From: an uncultured virus (IMG/VR IMGVR_UViG_3300028490_000394) | Taxonomy: Duplodnaviria > Heunggongvirae > Uroviricota > Caudoviricetes | Strand: one strand, 5' to 3' | Virus record (IMG/VR): IMGVR_UViG_3300028490_000394 | Length of the DNA stretch: 64,000 nt | In this document: one piece after another, positions 61,664 to 64,000 of the stretch | Position numbering within the stretch: the first letter of the stretch is position 1 | How the letters are laid out: each line of letters begins with the position of its first letter | Translations under genes and position numbers: made by a program | The notes under the pieces: model-generated | What the model was told of the DNA's origin: nothing | Databases searched by the model: none | The model's input: the letters and a program-made list of their open reading frames with translations, nothing else

Positions 61664-62182
61664 CTATAAATCTTTTAATTCATTTTCGTAAATAGGTTCC
61701 TTATCTTGATCAACCCTATACTCTATCTCTAAATCGTCTGACTCTGTTTTCTGTCTTTCAATAAACTCTGCTTCAGCTAAAAATTTATCTAATCTAATCG
61801 ATATTTCTTTTTCTCTTTGTGCTTTTCGTCTATCTTCAGCTCTTTTCATTTTTCTAAATTCTTTTTCTTGAGCTATTCTAATCTTTTTATCTATTGCCGC
61901 TTGTCTTTTCTTCTCTGCCACTATTTTAGCTTTTGCTTCTCTTTCTTTTAGCTGTTTATCCAGAAGATCTTGATCTATGAAAACCACTTCTTTTGGTTTC
62001 ACAATCTCTACTTTTTCTATTTTATAGTTCTTTTTATTGTATCCGTATGGATATGGATCAATTTTAACTACTGGGCTTAAGTTATCGCCTTTTATTTGAT
62101 CTACATTCATTACATTGTGATTTAAATTCTGGGCCATTACTATTGTACTTAACATTGCGACTGTTGTGATTATCTTTTTCAT
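61664..62182 (-). CDS. exported coiled-coil protein
   Basis: Signal peptide and charged helix. Confidence 0.65.
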   Translation of the reverse strand: MKKIITTVAMLSTIVMAQNLNHNVMNVDQIKGDNLSPVVKIDPYPYGYNKKNYKIEKVEIVKPKEVVFIDQDLLDKQLKEREAKAKIVAEKKRQAAIDKKIRIAQEKEFRKMKRAEDRRKAQREKEISIRLDKFLAEAEFIERQKTESDDLEIEYRVDQDKEPIYENELKDL

Positions 62183-62297
62183 TTTTATTCCTTATTTTTG
62201 ATATGTTATCATGTTTTATTTTGATATCTTATCATATTTTAGCTGGAAGTAAAAGGTTTTTGAGGTATTCATATTCCTTTATGGAATATAAACGTTG

Positions 62298-62420
62298 TTA
62301 AGCAGTTAGTTCGAATTGATCTTTGCCATAAATTGCTGACATTCTTTTATATGCTTCTTTTTTTGATTCTGCTGTTAAGATTGCTCTACCACCAGAAAAT
62401 AATTTAAATATAAAATTCAT
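62298..62420 (-). CDS. 40-aa hypothetical protein (absent from ORF track)
   Basis: MNFIFKLFSGG..; AAGGAG RBS and TTAAG..TGGTATAAT promoter. Confidence 0.5.
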   Translation of the reverse strand: MNFIFKLFSGGRAILTAESKKEAYKRMSAIYGKDQFELTA

Positions 62421-62531
62421 ATTTTTCTCCTTTTGTTTTATTTAATATTGGTATTATACCATTTTTTTACTTAAAAATCAAGGTTCTTCTCTTTGTATCG
62501 TCGCTATATAGGGGAGTCTTTTGTTTTTGAG

Positions 62532-62610
62532 TGGGGGCAGATACTGGATTTGAACCAGTGGAATTTCTTGGGAATGAACCAAGCGAGCGACCTGACTGCT
62601 CTAATCTGCT
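62532..62610 (-). tRNA. tRNA-Met(CAT), initiator-like, atypical
   Basis: Cloverleaf, A1.C72 mismatch, loop TT-CAT-TC, encoded CCA. Confidence 0.8.
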
Positions 62611-62619
62611 ACATTTTTT

Positions 62620-62696
62620 TGGGTGCGGAGGTTGGACTCGAACCAACGACCTCTGGGCCATGAACCCAACAAGCTAACCAACTGCTCTACTCCGCG
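62620..62696 (-). tRNA. tRNA-fMet(CAT)
   Basis: C1.A72 mismatch, GGG/CCC anticodon stem, loop TT-CAT-GG, CCA. Confidence 0.9.
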
Positions 62697-62706
62697 TTAT
62701 ATTTTT

Positions 62707-62784
62707 TGGTTGCAGGTGTTGGATTTGAACCAACGACCTCTGGGTTATGAACCCAACGAGCTGACCGGACTGCTCTAACCTGCG
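62707..62784 (-). tRNA. tRNA-fMet(CAT)
   Basis: C1.A72 mismatch, GGG/CCC stem, loop TT-CAT-AA, CCA. Confidence 0.92.
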
Positions 62785-62801
62785 TTAAATTTACTCTTTT
62801 A

Positions 62802-62878
62802 TGGTTGCGGATATTGGATTCGAACCAATGACCTCTAGGGTATGAGCCTAGCAAGCTACCAAACTGCTCTAATCCGCG
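62802..62878 (-). tRNA. tRNA-fMet(CAT)
   Basis: C1.A72 mismatch, stem CTAGG/CCTAG, loop CT-CAT-AC, CCA. Confidence 0.9.
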
Positions 62879-62891
62879 TTATATGTTTTTG

Positions 62892-62968
62892 TGGTCGGAG
62901 AGAAGGGATTCGAACCCTCGTGTTCTTCTTTGTAAGAGAAGTGAATAACCATTCTTCGTCACTCGCCG
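62892..62968 (-). tRNA. tRNA-Val(TAC), atypical
   Basis: CTTCT-CTTACAA-AGAAG arm, GAGGG-TTCGAAT-CCCTT, CCA; weak D stem. Confidence 0.8.
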
Positions 62969-63041
62969 ATCGTTTGTTCATTACTACTGTAATCAACTTT
63001 AAACAGCTCACTATTTTATGAACTGTTTAAAACTGACATAT

Positions 63042-63119
63042 TGGCAGGCGCCCAGGGACTCGAACCCTGATCCTTGGGATTTGGAATCCCCTGCTCTATC
63101 CAATTGGAGCTAGACACCT
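63042..63119 (-). tRNA. tRNA-Trp(CCA)
   Basis: AGGTGTC/GGCGCCT acceptor, G73, loop TT-CCA-AA, CCA. Confidence 0.92.
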
Positions 63120-63132
63120 AAAAATTTGACAT

Positions 63133-63176
63133 AAAAAAAGGGGGAACCGGGTACTTAAGACCCGATCCCCCCTTTT
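63133..63176 (-). terminator. strong intrinsic terminator just upstream of the tRNA cluster
   Basis: GGGGGGATCGGGT-CTTAAGT-ACCCGGTTCCCCC followed by T7. Confidence 0.7.
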
Positions 63177-63192
63177 GTACATATATTACCTT

Positions 63193-63276
63193 TTAGATAA
63201 TTTGTACTCCAGAAAAAGAGCCATAAGAATTAGTTACCACAAATGTCTGCCAAGAATTTACTTTTTTCAAAACCAT
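63193..63276 (-). CDS. 27-aa leader-like peptide MVLKKVNSWQTFVVTNSYGSFSGVQII
   Basis: AAGGAG RBS; TTAAG..TATACT promoter upstream. Confidence 0.5.
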   Translation of the reverse strand: MVLKKVNSWQTFVVTNSYGSFSGVQII

Positions 63277-63387
63277 GTCTCCTTTATTTTCTGTATTTTA
63301 GAAAGTATATACCAACTAACCTTAAAGTAAGCTTAAATATACTTCCAATGTCTATTTTTTTGTTAAAATATATGAATATATCATATT

Positions 63388-63831
63388 TTATGAGGTTATA
63401 AACGAAACCTCTTCAATTCTACCACCTGTACATTTTTTGTATTCGACACCTCTTTCAACGTTCTTGTATTTCGGATTACTAACACCTATACGATATCCTT
63501 TTCCTCCACCCTGAAGTGGTGTACAGTTAAAAGTATTTATTGAAAGATTGTTTCCTTTTGATATTGCTGTTTTAAATCCTGTTTTTTCACATATCCCATT
63601 TGTATCGTCGACACCTTCTTTACAGTTTATCTTTACATAATTCCCTGTCTTAGATATAAATTGTTGTTGTGCTAGAATTGCATTTCTTGCGTCACTTTTC
63701 ATTGAAGTTAAAATTGCTACTTCTGTTGAATCATTTAGATTTGCAATTGCAAATCCTGCTAATATTGAGATTATTGCCATTACGAATAATAGCTCTACTA
63801 GGGTAAAACCCTTTTTGATTGTTTGTTTCAT
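63388..63831 (-). CDS. type IV pilin / pseudopilin-like protein (paralog of 56092-56538)
   Basis: KKG|FTLVELL; N-terminal half nearly identical to the other pilin. Confidence 0.85.
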   Translation of the reverse strand: MKQTIKKGFTLVELLFVMAIISILAGFAIANLNDSTEVAILTSMKSDARNAILAQQQFISKTGNYVKINCKEGVDDTNGICEKTGFKTAISKGNNLSINTFNCTPLQGGGKGYRIGVSNPKYKNVERGVEYKKCTGGRIEEVSFITS

Positions 63832-63946
63832 TGAAAACTCCTGTTATTTATTTATCTATATATACTATAAAATAAAAATTTCGGAGGTTAACCTAGCTCT
63901 AAGTACAGTTTTGGTATAATATATTATATAAATTAAAGGAGACTTC

Positions 63947-64000
63947 GTGTCTAAAAAACTTATTCTACAAGCATTCAAATTAGGTAATGCTACGTCACAC
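63947..64000 (+). CDS. partial ORF (runs off the window)
   Basis: GTG after AAGGAG and a TAAG..TGGTATAAT promoter. Confidence 0.5.
   Translation, partial: MSKKLILQAFKLGNATSH

Noticed and set aside
62467..62661. 64-aa ORF in the ORF track
   Set aside because: It overlaps two tRNA genes; spurious
1..64000. Alternative genetic code or stop-codon reassignment
   Set aside because: Known genes are full length under the standard code, and no suppressor tRNA was seen

Overview
This is an AT-rich (roughly 30% GC by eye), gene-dense segment of a large mobile element, either a jumbo phage or a megaplasmid; no virion or replication genes are visible here to decide which. Cytochrome c553 genes, AAGGA ribosome-binding sites and TTAAG..TGnTATAAT promoters point to a Campylobacterota host. 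The left end carries a compact, divergent type I-F CRISPR-Cas locus on the minus strand: cas3 with no Cas2 domain, cas8f, cas5f, cas7f and cas6f, with no cas1. It has an 8-repeat array downstream and a second, one-spacer array in the cas3 5' leader. The rest is mostly small hypothetical genes, many in tandem paralog sets, plus auxiliary genes: rplI, dcd, purA, dimeric dUTPase, rnhA, clpP-like, a SUV3-like helicase, two radical SAM enzymes, two cytochromes c553, two pilin-like proteins and an MBL hydrolase. A tRNA cluster contains four initiator-type tRNA(CAT) genes with different anticodon loops. Other signals are two candidate structured RNA regions, a chain of three coupled micro-ORFs, two candidate element-specific promoter motifs and apparent avoidance of GATG/CATC. 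All calls come from motif reading only; no searches were run.
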